Shown here one piece after another: positions 7,183 through 13,558 of a stretch of 13,639 nucleotides of DNA (positions are counted from its first letter, which is position 1; each line of letters opens with the position of its first letter). A program made the position numbers and the translations under genes. The stretch spans positions 1 through 13,639 of the IMG/VR virus record IMGVR_UViG_3300045988_119152. One strand, written 5' to 3'. The notes under the pieces were generated by a model that saw nothing but the letters and a program-made list of their open reading frames with translations, was not told the origin of the DNA and did not search any database. The stretch is from a virus.

Positions 7183-7839
7183 TCATATTCTTCCTTTCTT
7201 TAAATAAATCAGAATGACGTGCGCCACGCTGCGGCTTGAGCAGACCTGCCGCCGCTCGTGGTCAAGGTATACCTGTGAACTGCCGCCGCAGTCAAGCATA
7301 ACGGCATTTTCCCAGCCGTAGCTTTGAAGTAGCTTTGCAAGCTGTTCCGGCGTTTTCTTTGCTCGTGATCCGTCCTTAGACGCATAGAGACAAAGCCGCT
7401 TCTGCCCGTTGACGTACTTTGTGCCGATAGCCGTTCTTCCACGCTTGCCGCCTTGGGCGGCGTTGTAGATCGGCTTCTTGATTGCTTTCCCGTCCATCAG
7501 GATATGACTGCAAGCAATGAAATTTCCCCACGCTTCATTGGGGACTAAATCAAAATGAAAGCTGTTTGCGGTGTAGTTGTCCCAGAGATAACCACGATAC
7601 AGGTCTTTCCCATGGTACAGCGTTACACCGTTCCGGCGCAGAGGGCAAACAGGGTTGCCGTTCCTCATATTATATAAGGTGCCGTTAATTGCATAGTCTG
7701 CGCCGGTTGCGCTGATAATGGCTGATAGGGATTTCCGCTTTCGTGTTCGGTGGTTTGGTTTGTTCAGGTAAATTTCAATTTTTTCAATATCATCCAAAGG
7801 AATTGAAACCGCAACCTCATTCTCTTTCTTCGCTGCCAT
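7183..7839 (-). CDS. Phosphodiester glycosidase family protein (NAGPA / DUF2233-like); candidate cell-wall lytic enzyme
   Basis: Three motifs match the remembered NAGPA-domain pattern (AINGGFF ... RTAIG ... LDGGGSS): GADYAINGTLYN, GNPVCPLRRNGV and GRTAIGTKYVNGQKRLCLYASKDG...TPEQLAKLLQSYGWENAVMLDCGGSSQVY. The start was moved from the track GTG (7848) to ATG 7839, which is 10 nt after AAGGAG, giving 218 aa. It lies directly after the holin candidate, with a 23-nt overlap. Confidence 0.65.
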   Translation of the reverse strand: MAAKKENEVAVSIPLDDIEKIEIYLNKPNHRTRKRKSLSAIISATGADYAINGTLYNMRNGNPVCPLRRNGVTLYHGKDLYRGYLWDNYTANSFHFDLVPNEAWGNFIACSHILMDGKAIKKPIYNAAQGGKRGRTAIGTKYVNGQKRLCLYASKDGSRAKKTPEQLAKLLQSYGWENAVMLDCGGSSQVYLDHERRQVCSSRSVAHVILIYLKKGRI

Positions 7840-8041
7840 GGCCAACACGCTCCTTTAGAAGTGATACAACCTCCTTCAAATCTCGCAGTGCTTCGGTGTT
7901 TTCCTTGACAACTTCCGTCCAGCGCTCACTTTCTGCCGCGTGGCTTTCGCGCTCCTTGTTCTGCATCCAGAACATGACACCGACACAAACGATAGGGAAG
8001 CCCAGATTGCTTACAAGCTGGCTAATGGTACCAACGTCCAT
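7817..8041 (-). CDS. Small single-pass membrane protein, YvrJ-like; putative holin
   Basis: The start was moved to ATG 8041 (MDVGTISQLVSNLGFPIVCVGVMFWM...), which has AAAGGAA about 7 nt upstream, giving 74 aa. The track start at 8089 has no RBS. It has one hydrophobic helix with the GFPI motif of YvrJ-type proteins, then a charged coiled-coil tail. It lies immediately upstream of the lytic enzyme candidate. Confidence 0.5.
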   Translation of the reverse strand: MDVGTISQLVSNLGFPIVCVGVMFWMQNKERESHAAESERWTEVVKENTEALRDLKEVVSLLKERVGHGSEERE

Positions 8042-8160
8042 TCGCATTTCCTTTCTGCCGGATATTATAATAATGAGCAAGGGCATCATGCGTTAGTCAG
8101 ACGCGTGCACCAGCTTCCGGCTGTGACTTTGTGCGGCCCTTGCTCACCTCAAATATACCA
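8042..8160 (-). other. Largest internal non-coding gap, with nested inverted repeats and a TATAAT box (module boundary: terminator, late promoter or structured RNA)
   Basis: A perfect 11-bp inverted repeat (8074-8084, tgagcaagggc, with 8136-8146, gcccttgctca) encloses 51 nt. The enclosed sequence can form two small hairpins: CAGC-loop-GCTG at 8111-8123, and GCGU-cugacua-ACGC on the minus-strand RNA. A minus-strand TATAAT lies at 8069-8064, about 23 nt before ATG 8041. Confidence 0.6.
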
Positions 8161-9198
8161 TCATTTGAGATATTTTGTCAACAGGTGCTCCGCTAAGTAT
8201 TCCTCAAATACAATTTTTTTCTTCATGTGCGCATCCCATAACCAGCCGAATGTGCGCTTGAAGCGCTGCACGTCCGCTTCGCTGTCGCTAAATTCCGGTG
8301 GACTGCCGGACTTATGCAGCGAAACATAATATGTGCCGTCTGACTTGTGCCGGTAGCAGCAGATCTTCCCGATTGCGCATATTGGAACGAACTCGCGTAG
8401 GGGCCTGCTCCGGATGTTGCTGAAATCATTGAATGAAAATTTATTATCCAGCGCCATTTCGGAAAAGCGCGTGCCCTCGGTGGCCTTATACAATACGGTG
8501 TTTCGCTTCTCCTCGGAGATCGGCGATTTTTGAAGCATGTAGAGACACAAACCTCGTGCATTGTCCTGATACACTTCGCGGCCCTTTGCTAACATGGCGT
8601 TTGCCGTCTTGACAAGGTTGAAACCTACAAAAATAGGATTGGCAACATCGTTGGCGTTTGCAAGACAGAGAAGCTGCACGGGCTTCCGGCCTTGAAGCTC
8701 CCTGTTTCGGTTGACCGTTTCATAACAGTTCATAAGCGCTTCAAACTCGTTCTTAATAGGGCGCTCGTGCCGCTCTGGGACGAATTCATCAAAGATCATG
8801 AGATCCACATCTGACGCGTCAAAACCTCGGATATTTGAAAATGTGGAGAGTGCAGCTGAATAGCCGATTGGCCCACCGTCCGGAACCTGCTTGCCTTCTT
8901 CCGTTTCCTTATAATAGTAAAACGCGCTGTTATACTTCGTGATCGGAGCGCATGAGATATTTAGCTCGTGATCTTCGCAGATCCGCTTGAATGGTGAAAA
9001 TTCCGGACGTGTCACGATATCGGCTTGGGCCTGCGTTCTGCGCAGAAATAGGAATGTGCGCTTTTCGTTCAGCGTCTCCAGCAGGCTTCCGTAGGTCTTG
9101 CCGGTGGCCCGCCCTCCAACAGCAAAGTTGAAGGGCAGGCCCTTAGCCAGCAGGCCATGCACATCTAAATAACCACTATCCAGATATACACGGCTCAT
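8161..9198 (-). CDS. DNA encapsidation (packaging) ATPase, phi29 gp16-like
   Basis: 345 aa (phi29 gp16 is about 332 aa). Walker A is AVGGRATGKTYGS near the N-terminus. Walker B is DVDLMIFDEF. There is no separate nuclease or large-terminase C-domain, which is consistent with packaging of terminal-protein-capped unit-length DNA. Confidence 0.9.
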   Translation of the reverse strand: MSRVYLDSGYLDVHGLLAKGLPFNFAVGGRATGKTYGSLLETLNEKRTFLFLRRTQAQADIVTRPEFSPFKRICEDHELNISCAPITKYNSAFYYYKETEEGKQVPDGGPIGYSAALSTFSNIRGFDASDVDLMIFDEFVPERHERPIKNEFEALMNCYETVNRNRELQGRKPVQLLCLANANDVANPIFVGFNLVKTANAMLAKGREVYQDNARGLCLYMLQKSPISEEKRNTVLYKATEGTRFSEMALDNKFSFNDFSNIRSRPLREFVPICAIGKICCYRHKSDGTYYVSLHKSGSPPEFSDSEADVQRFKRTFGWLWDAHMKKKIVFEEYLAEHLLTKYLK

Positions 9199-9200
9199 AG

Positions 9201-9536
9201 TTACACCAAAGTGCAGGTGATGAACTCACGGCCTGCCTTGCTCTGTCCGCTGATAACTTCGATTGTGTAGTCATCGCCGTCCATCAGATCCGCAATGTTC
9301 ATGAAATCGCGCTTGAAGGTGTCGCTGTTGGTTGCGCAAACGCCGCCGTCCTTGTCCATGACGGACAGCACTTCAACTTCCTTGCCGTCCTTGTTTACGT
9401 CCTTGTACAAGCAGTACGCGGCCACATCGATCTGAACGCCGATGAAGTCCTTCATCTTCTTGATAGCCGGATCCAGAGTGAGCTTGTAGCTTTCGCGCTT
9501 GTTCAGTTCCTTGTTGCTCTTAATGATAGTAGCCAT
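9201..9536 (-). CDS. Hypothetical protein of the replication module (possible ssDNA-binding protein, unproven)
   Basis: 111 aa. ATG at 9536 has a good RBS, AAAGGAGA, 8 nt upstream. It lies between the DNA polymerase and the packaging ATPase. I recognised no diagnostic motif. The SSB idea rests only on size and neighbourhood. Confidence 0.55.
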   Translation of the reverse strand: MATIIKSNKELNKRESYKLTLDPAIKKMKDFIGVQIDVAAYCLYKDVNKDGKEVEVLSVMDKDGGVCATNSDTFKRDFMNIADLMDGDDYTIEVISGQSKAGREFITCTLV

Positions 9537-9562
9537 AGTGATAATCTCCTTTAAAATTAATG

Positions 9563-11587
9563 TTATTCGTATTCGTAGCGAATTTCGGTTAGCAGCCGCT
9601 TATAATCAGCGGCAAGGCCCAATGTGTAAGTGCTGCGACGTAGAGAGACGTTAGAAGTTATTCTAAGGGCGCGGCCCTCGGCCTGATACTCGCGATACTC
9701 ACCAACCGGCATATCATTGTAGACTGCTTCAAGTCCTCCGGCTTCTTCAAAAGTAAAACCCTCATGAAATGCTGTGATACCTCCGTGTGCTTCAAGCTCT
9801 TCACCCCCTTTCGTTTTCGCCACGCCTGCGATTGTACAAATCAGTTTAGTATCCGGCGTTTCGCGGTAAACATATTTCTTCGCTCCCATCGTGCGAAACT
9901 CACACATGTCATGCTCTTGCTCATACACGCCCATGTAGTGAGTTTCACCGCTGGGATCGGTGGCAAACGCTCCACTTTTACGACTGTCTTTTATACGCGC
10001 GTTGTTAAATTTCTTCAAGTTGATTTCGCCTAAATATTTCACGCTGTCTGTGTCGCAGTAAACAAACTGCGGCGCGTTGGGATCGTCTGGATCTCCGTGG
10101 GCAAGCTGTATACCTTCTTCCAGCCGGTAGCGTGCCCATGCCGTCACCCACACCCCCCATTGATAAGCGAGAAATGCTTTCCTGTTATGCGCAAGCAGCA
10201 GCCCTGCTTCATCCTCGTACTGTTCCTCGAACATATTGTTTATAAATAGGATGGACTGCTTCACCGGATCTTGAGCACACATGCCGTATAGGGAATTCAG
10301 CTTCTTCTTAGATTTTTCATACAGCAGCTCTTGCCCTTCTACGTTTTTCAGCTCTGTTTTATAGTGGTAGTATTGGCAGATCGTTTTTATAAGTGGTCGC
10401 GGAAGATAGCCATATCGCGCACACGCAACGTCATAAAATTTGATATCTGTCCAGTCATACTCGGAAATCAAAATCTTGAGATCAATGTCTGTTATGGTGG
10501 TTTCTAAGTAGTCAGCGGAAATGATTCTTCCGTTGTCCACCAGCGCGTTCTCTGTGTGTCGGCATTTCGATAGGCTTAGATAGGGACAGCCCCAATCAAT
10601 ACGCCGCAGATGTGGCCCAGTCAACGCTACGCGCATGATGCAGGCTTTCTCACGGACGCCCAGCATTTTTATAACTTCTTCATAGGGCAGATCGCCCAGC
10701 CGGTAAAATTCGCTGATTGGAAATTTACAGTTGCACATCACGTCCGGGTAGCTGCTGGATCTGTCGGCGCTGTGGACGTTATGCAGCGTGTATTTAGTGT
10801 AGTAGCGGTTCGCGTGGGTGTTACCACCCCGAAACGCTTCGCGGAGCATCTTGTAAATCTCGTAATCTGGCAGCTGTGACTTTACAAAGCTGTATGACAC
10901 ATCCGACATTGCTTTCTTGGCATCCCGCCGAACGTATCCCGTTGACGTTAGAGGGAAAGTATAGATCGTATCGCCGTCATGCTCCATTTCTATCTGGATG
11001 GCTTCCACAAGGCCCTGCACATCATGCACGCAATAGGCTAGCTCTGATTCGCTCAGTTCCGTCCATGGGTAGCGGATCTTGTCATAATCAAATGTGCCGG
11101 ACAGCTTCGCATGCTGCACGCCCATTTTCTTGGTGTATGTGTCCAGATTCATGTTGCTGTGGAGATATGAGCAGCGAAACTCAAAGCAATCCCACATATC
11201 ACACTTTAGGACTTTACGCGATTTAATGGCAAATACATCATCTTGATCAAAGTAATAGATACCCTTTAAAAATTGGAATTCATAGGACAAGTTGTGAACG
11301 AATACAGGCAGGAACACATCATCAAGAACGCTTCGCAGGTGGTTCTGGAATTCTAAGAATTCTTCCCACGTCCGGCCTACAACTGTGTATTTAGTGCCAA
11401 ATTGCCACTGCCACACATACATAAAGGATTGCTCAATGTCCGGAAGTCTGGTTGTCTCAATGTCAAAGGCTGTAATCAGATCCTTGTATTTTCGTCTTTT
11501 CTTCGTGCGCTGGTTGCCCGGTTTGCGCTTCACCAGAGGAATGTTTGCAAGCCAATCATAAGGAAATTCAGCTGCACTGATAATCAC
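9563..11587 (-). CDS. Protein-primed family-B DNA polymerase
   Basis: 674 aa.
- Exo I: FDIETT (aa 41-46).
- Exo II-like: HNLSYEFQF (aa 98-106).
- Exo III: YCVHD (aa 185-189).
- Motif A: DRSSSYPDV (aa 275-283).
- Motif B: KLNSLYGMCAQ (aa 429-439).
- Motif C: YCDTDS (aa 510-515; verified at 10060-10043).
- KxY: AKKYVY (aa 569-574).
The start is GTG at 11587, overlapping the upstream stop as GTGA. The first in-frame ATG is only at codon 56. Confidence 0.95.
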   Translation of the reverse strand: MIISAAEFPYDWLANIPLVKRKPGNQRTKKRRKYKDLITAFDIETTRLPDIEQSFMYVWQWQFGTKYTVVGRTWEEFLEFQNHLRSVLDDVFLPVFVHNLSYEFQFLKGIYYFDQDDVFAIKSRKVLKCDMWDCFEFRCSYLHSNMNLDTYTKKMGVQHAKLSGTFDYDKIRYPWTELSESELAYCVHDVQGLVEAIQIEMEHDGDTIYTFPLTSTGYVRRDAKKAMSDVSYSFVKSQLPDYEIYKMLREAFRGGNTHANRYYTKYTLHNVHSADRSSSYPDVMCNCKFPISEFYRLGDLPYEEVIKMLGVREKACIMRVALTGPHLRRIDWGCPYLSLSKCRHTENALVDNGRIISADYLETTITDIDLKILISEYDWTDIKFYDVACARYGYLPRPLIKTICQYYHYKTELKNVEGQELLYEKSKKKLNSLYGMCAQDPVKQSILFINNMFEEQYEDEAGLLLAHNRKAFLAYQWGVWVTAWARYRLEEGIQLAHGDPDDPNAPQFVYCDTDSVKYLGEINLKKFNNARIKDSRKSGAFATDPSGETHYMGVYEQEHDMCEFRTMGAKKYVYRETPDTKLICTIAGVAKTKGGEELEAHGGITAFHEGFTFEEAGGLEAVYNDMPVGEYREYQAEGRALRITSNVSLRRSTYTLGLAADYKRLLTEIRYEYE

Positions 11588-12243
11588 AAGAAGTCTTTCA
11601 GCTCCTTGTATAGATCGTCGGAGCTTTTCTCAATAACATTCCGCTCTTGCTTGTATGGCTTGTTCTTTTCCTCCTGCCACGCCTCGAAATCGCGTAGGAC
11701 CTGCGCTGTTTTGTCTTTGCGTTCAGCAGCTTTCTCAAAGGCTTCGCTATTCCGGATTGTCTCGTAAAAATCCAGCGCAACCGTGGATCCATAGCCGCGC
11801 ATCATACCATTTTTCCACTGCCGGAAAAACTCGCCCAGATCGACAAAGTTAGATTCATTTACAAAGGTGTAACCGTGCTTGTTGAAAGTCTTAATTACTT
11901 TGTCTCTGGCTCTCTTAATGCCGCGCAGCGTTCCGGTTCGCGCGGTCATCATCTTCGCAAGTTCTGCAAGCAGCAGCTTCATTTCATATGGTTTCAGTTC
12001 AGAGGATGGCTTATAACGATCCTTATTATAATAGTATGTTTTGCTGGATCTGCCGATTTCCTCGGCTTCGATTCGCTTTAGGCGCTTCTGTGCGATTGCG
12101 CGCAAGCGTTGGTACTCGCTCTTGATGTTTTCTGGTGTCCATACATCCGCATGCCGGATCGCGTCCAGTGTGTAGAGGTCAGGCGTGTCCTTGGGGTCAA
12201 TCATTTCACCGGTTGCAGGGTCTGCTATTCTCACAAATTTCAT
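11584..12243 (-). CDS. Candidate terminal protein (TP) for protein-primed replication
   Basis: It lies immediately upstream of the DNA polymerase and is translationally coupled to it (GTGA overlap), which is the conserved TP-polymerase arrangement of phi29-like phages. It is 219 aa from ATG 12243, with AAGGAGA 8 nt upstream; the track GTG at 12273 was rejected. It is basic and helical, with KSEYQRLRAIAQKRLKRIEAEEIG loosely recalling phi29 TP KAEYARLVKNTKAKIARTKKKYG. The assignment is positional and compositional. Confidence 0.55.
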   Translation of the reverse strand: MKFVRIADPATGEMIDPKDTPDLYTLDAIRHADVWTPENIKSEYQRLRAIAQKRLKRIEAEEIGRSSKTYYYNKDRYKPSSELKPYEMKLLLAELAKMMTARTGTLRGIKRARDKVIKTFNKHGYTFVNESNFVDLGEFFRQWKNGMMRGYGSTVALDFYETIRNSEAFEKAAERKDKTAQVLRDFEAWQEEKNKPYKQERNVIEKSSDDLYKELKDFL

Positions 12244-12358
12244 GCTGTGCGATCTCCTTCCGGAACAGTTCACGGCAAAGGGCGGAAGCGCTCATGTCGT
12301 TCTGCGCTGCGATCTGTTCAATCTGGTGCTTCATCTCTGCCGTGACGGATAGCGTCAT
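12206..12358 (-). CDS. Ribbon-helix-helix (CopG/Arc-like) DNA-binding protein candidate
   Basis: MTLSVTAEMKHQIEQIAAQNDMSASALCRELF fits a beta-strand, helix, helix RHH pattern. ATG 12358 overlaps the upstream stop as ATGA (12358-12355). The alternative start, ATG 12394, adds a basic arm (MRSRFKHGECTH) and has GAAAGGAG 14 nt upstream. The 3' end overlaps the TP gene start by 38 nt. The long N-terminal part of the 112-aa track ORF is out-of-frame overlap with the upstream gene. Confidence 0.5.
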   Translation of the reverse strand: MTLSVTAEMKHQIEQIAAQNDMSASALCRELFRKEIAQHEICENSRPCNR

Positions 12359-12558
12359 GTGGGTGCATTCCCCGTGCTTAAAACGGCTTCGCATTGTTCT
12401 CTGGTCAGCTCCTTTCGTATGAGATTGATGCGGATATCTGGATGCGTTTGCTTGATAATAGCGGCACATTGCAGCGCCGGTGCCATGCCGAAAAATAGAT
12501 ATGTGGTCTTGGGCCGATACGTGTAGTGGACTGTCAGCAACCATCTATTACCGCTCAT
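12355..12558 (-). CDS. Hypothetical early protein (67 aa)
   Basis: ATG at 12558 has a strong RBS, AGGAGG, 9 nt upstream. It overlaps the upstream gene by 11 nt and is coupled to the downstream RHH ORF by ATGA. I recognised no motif. Confidence 0.7.
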   Translation of the reverse strand: MSGNRWLLTVHYTYRPKTTYLFFGMAPALQCAAIIKQTHPDIRINLIRKELTREQCEAVLSTGNAPT

Positions 12559-12745
12559 TTAAATAATCCTCCTGATATTCTTCACCGGTTAGAATTGCAT
12601 ACATGATCTTTGCAGTAGCATATCTTGCCAAACTACGCCGATATACTTCGCTATCCCATCCTTCACGGTTAAGCCAATAACGCACCTTTTCCGCCAGATC
12701 ATTGATATAACGATTAGCATTTTCTTTCCGTAACTGGTTAACCAT
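12548..12745 (-). CDS. Hypothetical early protein (65 aa; 78 aa if the upstream ATG is used)
   Basis: ATG 12745 (MVNQLRKEN...) has GAAAGGAGA 7 nt upstream. The alternative ATG 12784 overlaps the stop of the upstream 41-aa ORF as ATGA. The protein looks helical and charged, with no recognised motif. Confidence 0.7.
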   Translation of the reverse strand: MVNQLRKENANRYINDLAEKVRYWLNREGWDSEVYRRSLARYATAKIMYAILTGEEYQEDYLNER

Positions 12746-12780
12746 TGTATAATCTCCTTTCCAACAAGTGTGATCCCTTC

Positions 12781-12906
12781 TCATTGTATTCCCAGATTTC
12801 CACAGTCATTATATAAATAGAGAGAACGAACAAAAATCCGAGCATAATCATCTGACCAGTAGGAAAATTGTTCGCCATTCTTGTAGTAGATCAAACGGTA
12901 GCGCAT
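12781..12906 (-). CDS. Small hypothetical early protein (41 aa), not in the ORF track
   Basis: Hand translation gives MRYRLIYYKNGEQFSYWSDDYARIFVRSLYLYNDCGNLGIQ. ATG 12906 has GGAAAGGAGG 8 nt upstream. The stop TGA (12783-12781) overlaps the ATG at 12784. Confidence 0.5.
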   Translation of the reverse strand: MRYRLIYYKNGEQFSYWSDDYARIFVRSLYLYNDCGNLGIQ

Positions 12907-13158
12907 TTAATACGCCTCCTTTCCAAAATACCGCCGTGCTAACTGTGCCATGCGGCGATCGTCTTTCATGAGTAGCATTAGCATATTCCAGACTTTCCAT
13001 TCACCTTTGCGAATTGCAACCTCTTGGTCACACTCTCCGTATTTGTCACGCTTGCTTGAGTAGAAATCAAAAGCAATGCTTTACCATTCTTCAACGTGCT
13101 TCACAATGGTTTTATAACGGATTTCATCGTTGATGTTTTTATAATGAATTTCATTCAT
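12907..13158 (-). pseudogene. Early ORF of 83 sense-equivalent codons interrupted by one in-frame TAA (25 aa + stop + 57 aa)
   Basis: ATG 13158 has AAGGAGGG 7 nt upstream and encodes MNEIHYKNINDEIRYKTIVKHVEEW, ending at TAA (13083-13081). The same frame then stays open for 57 more codons (SIAFDFYSSKRDKYGECDQEVAIRKGEWKVWNMLMLLMKDDRRMAQLARRYFGKEAY). It ends at TAA 12909-12907, directly abutting the next gene's ATG. The first in-frame ATG, GTG or TTG comes only 32 codons after the internal stop. Confidence 0.45.
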
Positions 13159-13161
13159 GAT

Positions 13162-13398
13162 TTAACCCTCCTTAATTACTTCACACGCTTCTTCTCTGGT
13201 CTTTCCGAAATGACCGTCTTGTATATTGCTTACAGGTAAGAACAACCAAAGATCTTTATCTTCAACACACCACGTAATAATGCCAACCTTAATAAGATCA
13301 GCAACCGTTCCAACCACGCCGTAAAGAATTGTTTTATCATCGTTGCGGACTTTTCGCAAGGTGGTTTCTTCGTAGCCTTTGTTCTTCATGAATTTCAT
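13162..13398 (-). CDS. Hypothetical early protein (78 aa), first gene of the genome
   Basis: ATG 13398 is preceded by GGAGAAAGGA with an 8-nt spacer; the stop is TAA at 13164-13162. It is the first ORF after the terminal AT-rich region. I recognised no motif. Confidence 0.7.
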   Translation of the reverse strand: MKFMKNKGYEETTLRKVRNDDKTILYGVVGTVADLIKVGIITWCVEDKDLWLFLPVSNIQDGHFGKTREEACEVIKEG

Positions 13399-13461
13399 TT
13401 TAATTATCCTTTCTCCGTTCGGCTATTGTGTTCTGTGTTCTGCTCTTGTTTGATTGTCTAT

Positions 13462-13490
13462 ATCTTATCATAAAAAATACTAAAAAGCAA
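13462..13490 (-). promoter_or_regulatory. Candidate early promoter (sigma-70/sigma-A type, extended -10)
   Basis: The minus-strand reading is TTGCTT (13490-13485), a 17-nt spacer ending in TGA, then TAAGAT (13467-13462). That is a TGn extended -10. It lies in the AT-rich tract between the right ITR and the first gene. It would give a leader of about 55 nt that contains a tandem heptamer (13427-13440). This is a motif match only. Confidence 0.35.
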
Positions 13491-13558
13491 TAACTTTTAT
13501 CATTATATATTCTAATATCAACTATAAGAAAATAATATAGCTCCACTGTCCACCACAT

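Noticed and set aside
6880-7207. Repeat-containing ORFs in other frames and on the other strand (RLRNRG x7, GAGCGT x7, LPLFRS x7)
   Set aside because: An 18-bp repeat with no stops is open in all six frames. Only the PAPVPQ frame has an RBS, abuts neighbouring genes correctly and continues into non-repeat protein-like sequence.
12244-12273. N-terminal extensions given by the ORF track (GTG 12273 for the TP; also ATG 8089 for the holin, GTG 7848 for the glycosidase and ATG 12544 for the RHH ORF)
   Set aside because: In each case a downstream ATG has a properly spaced AGGAG-type RBS, while the track start has none or is too close to one. The 12544 extension is simply the out-of-frame overlap with the 67-aa gene.
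12206-12394. Temperate lifestyle inferred from the RHH repressor-like protein
   Set aside because: I saw no integrase, excisionase, partition genes or divergent repressor/Cro layout. The ITR plus TP/PolB architecture fits a strictly lytic, linear replicon.
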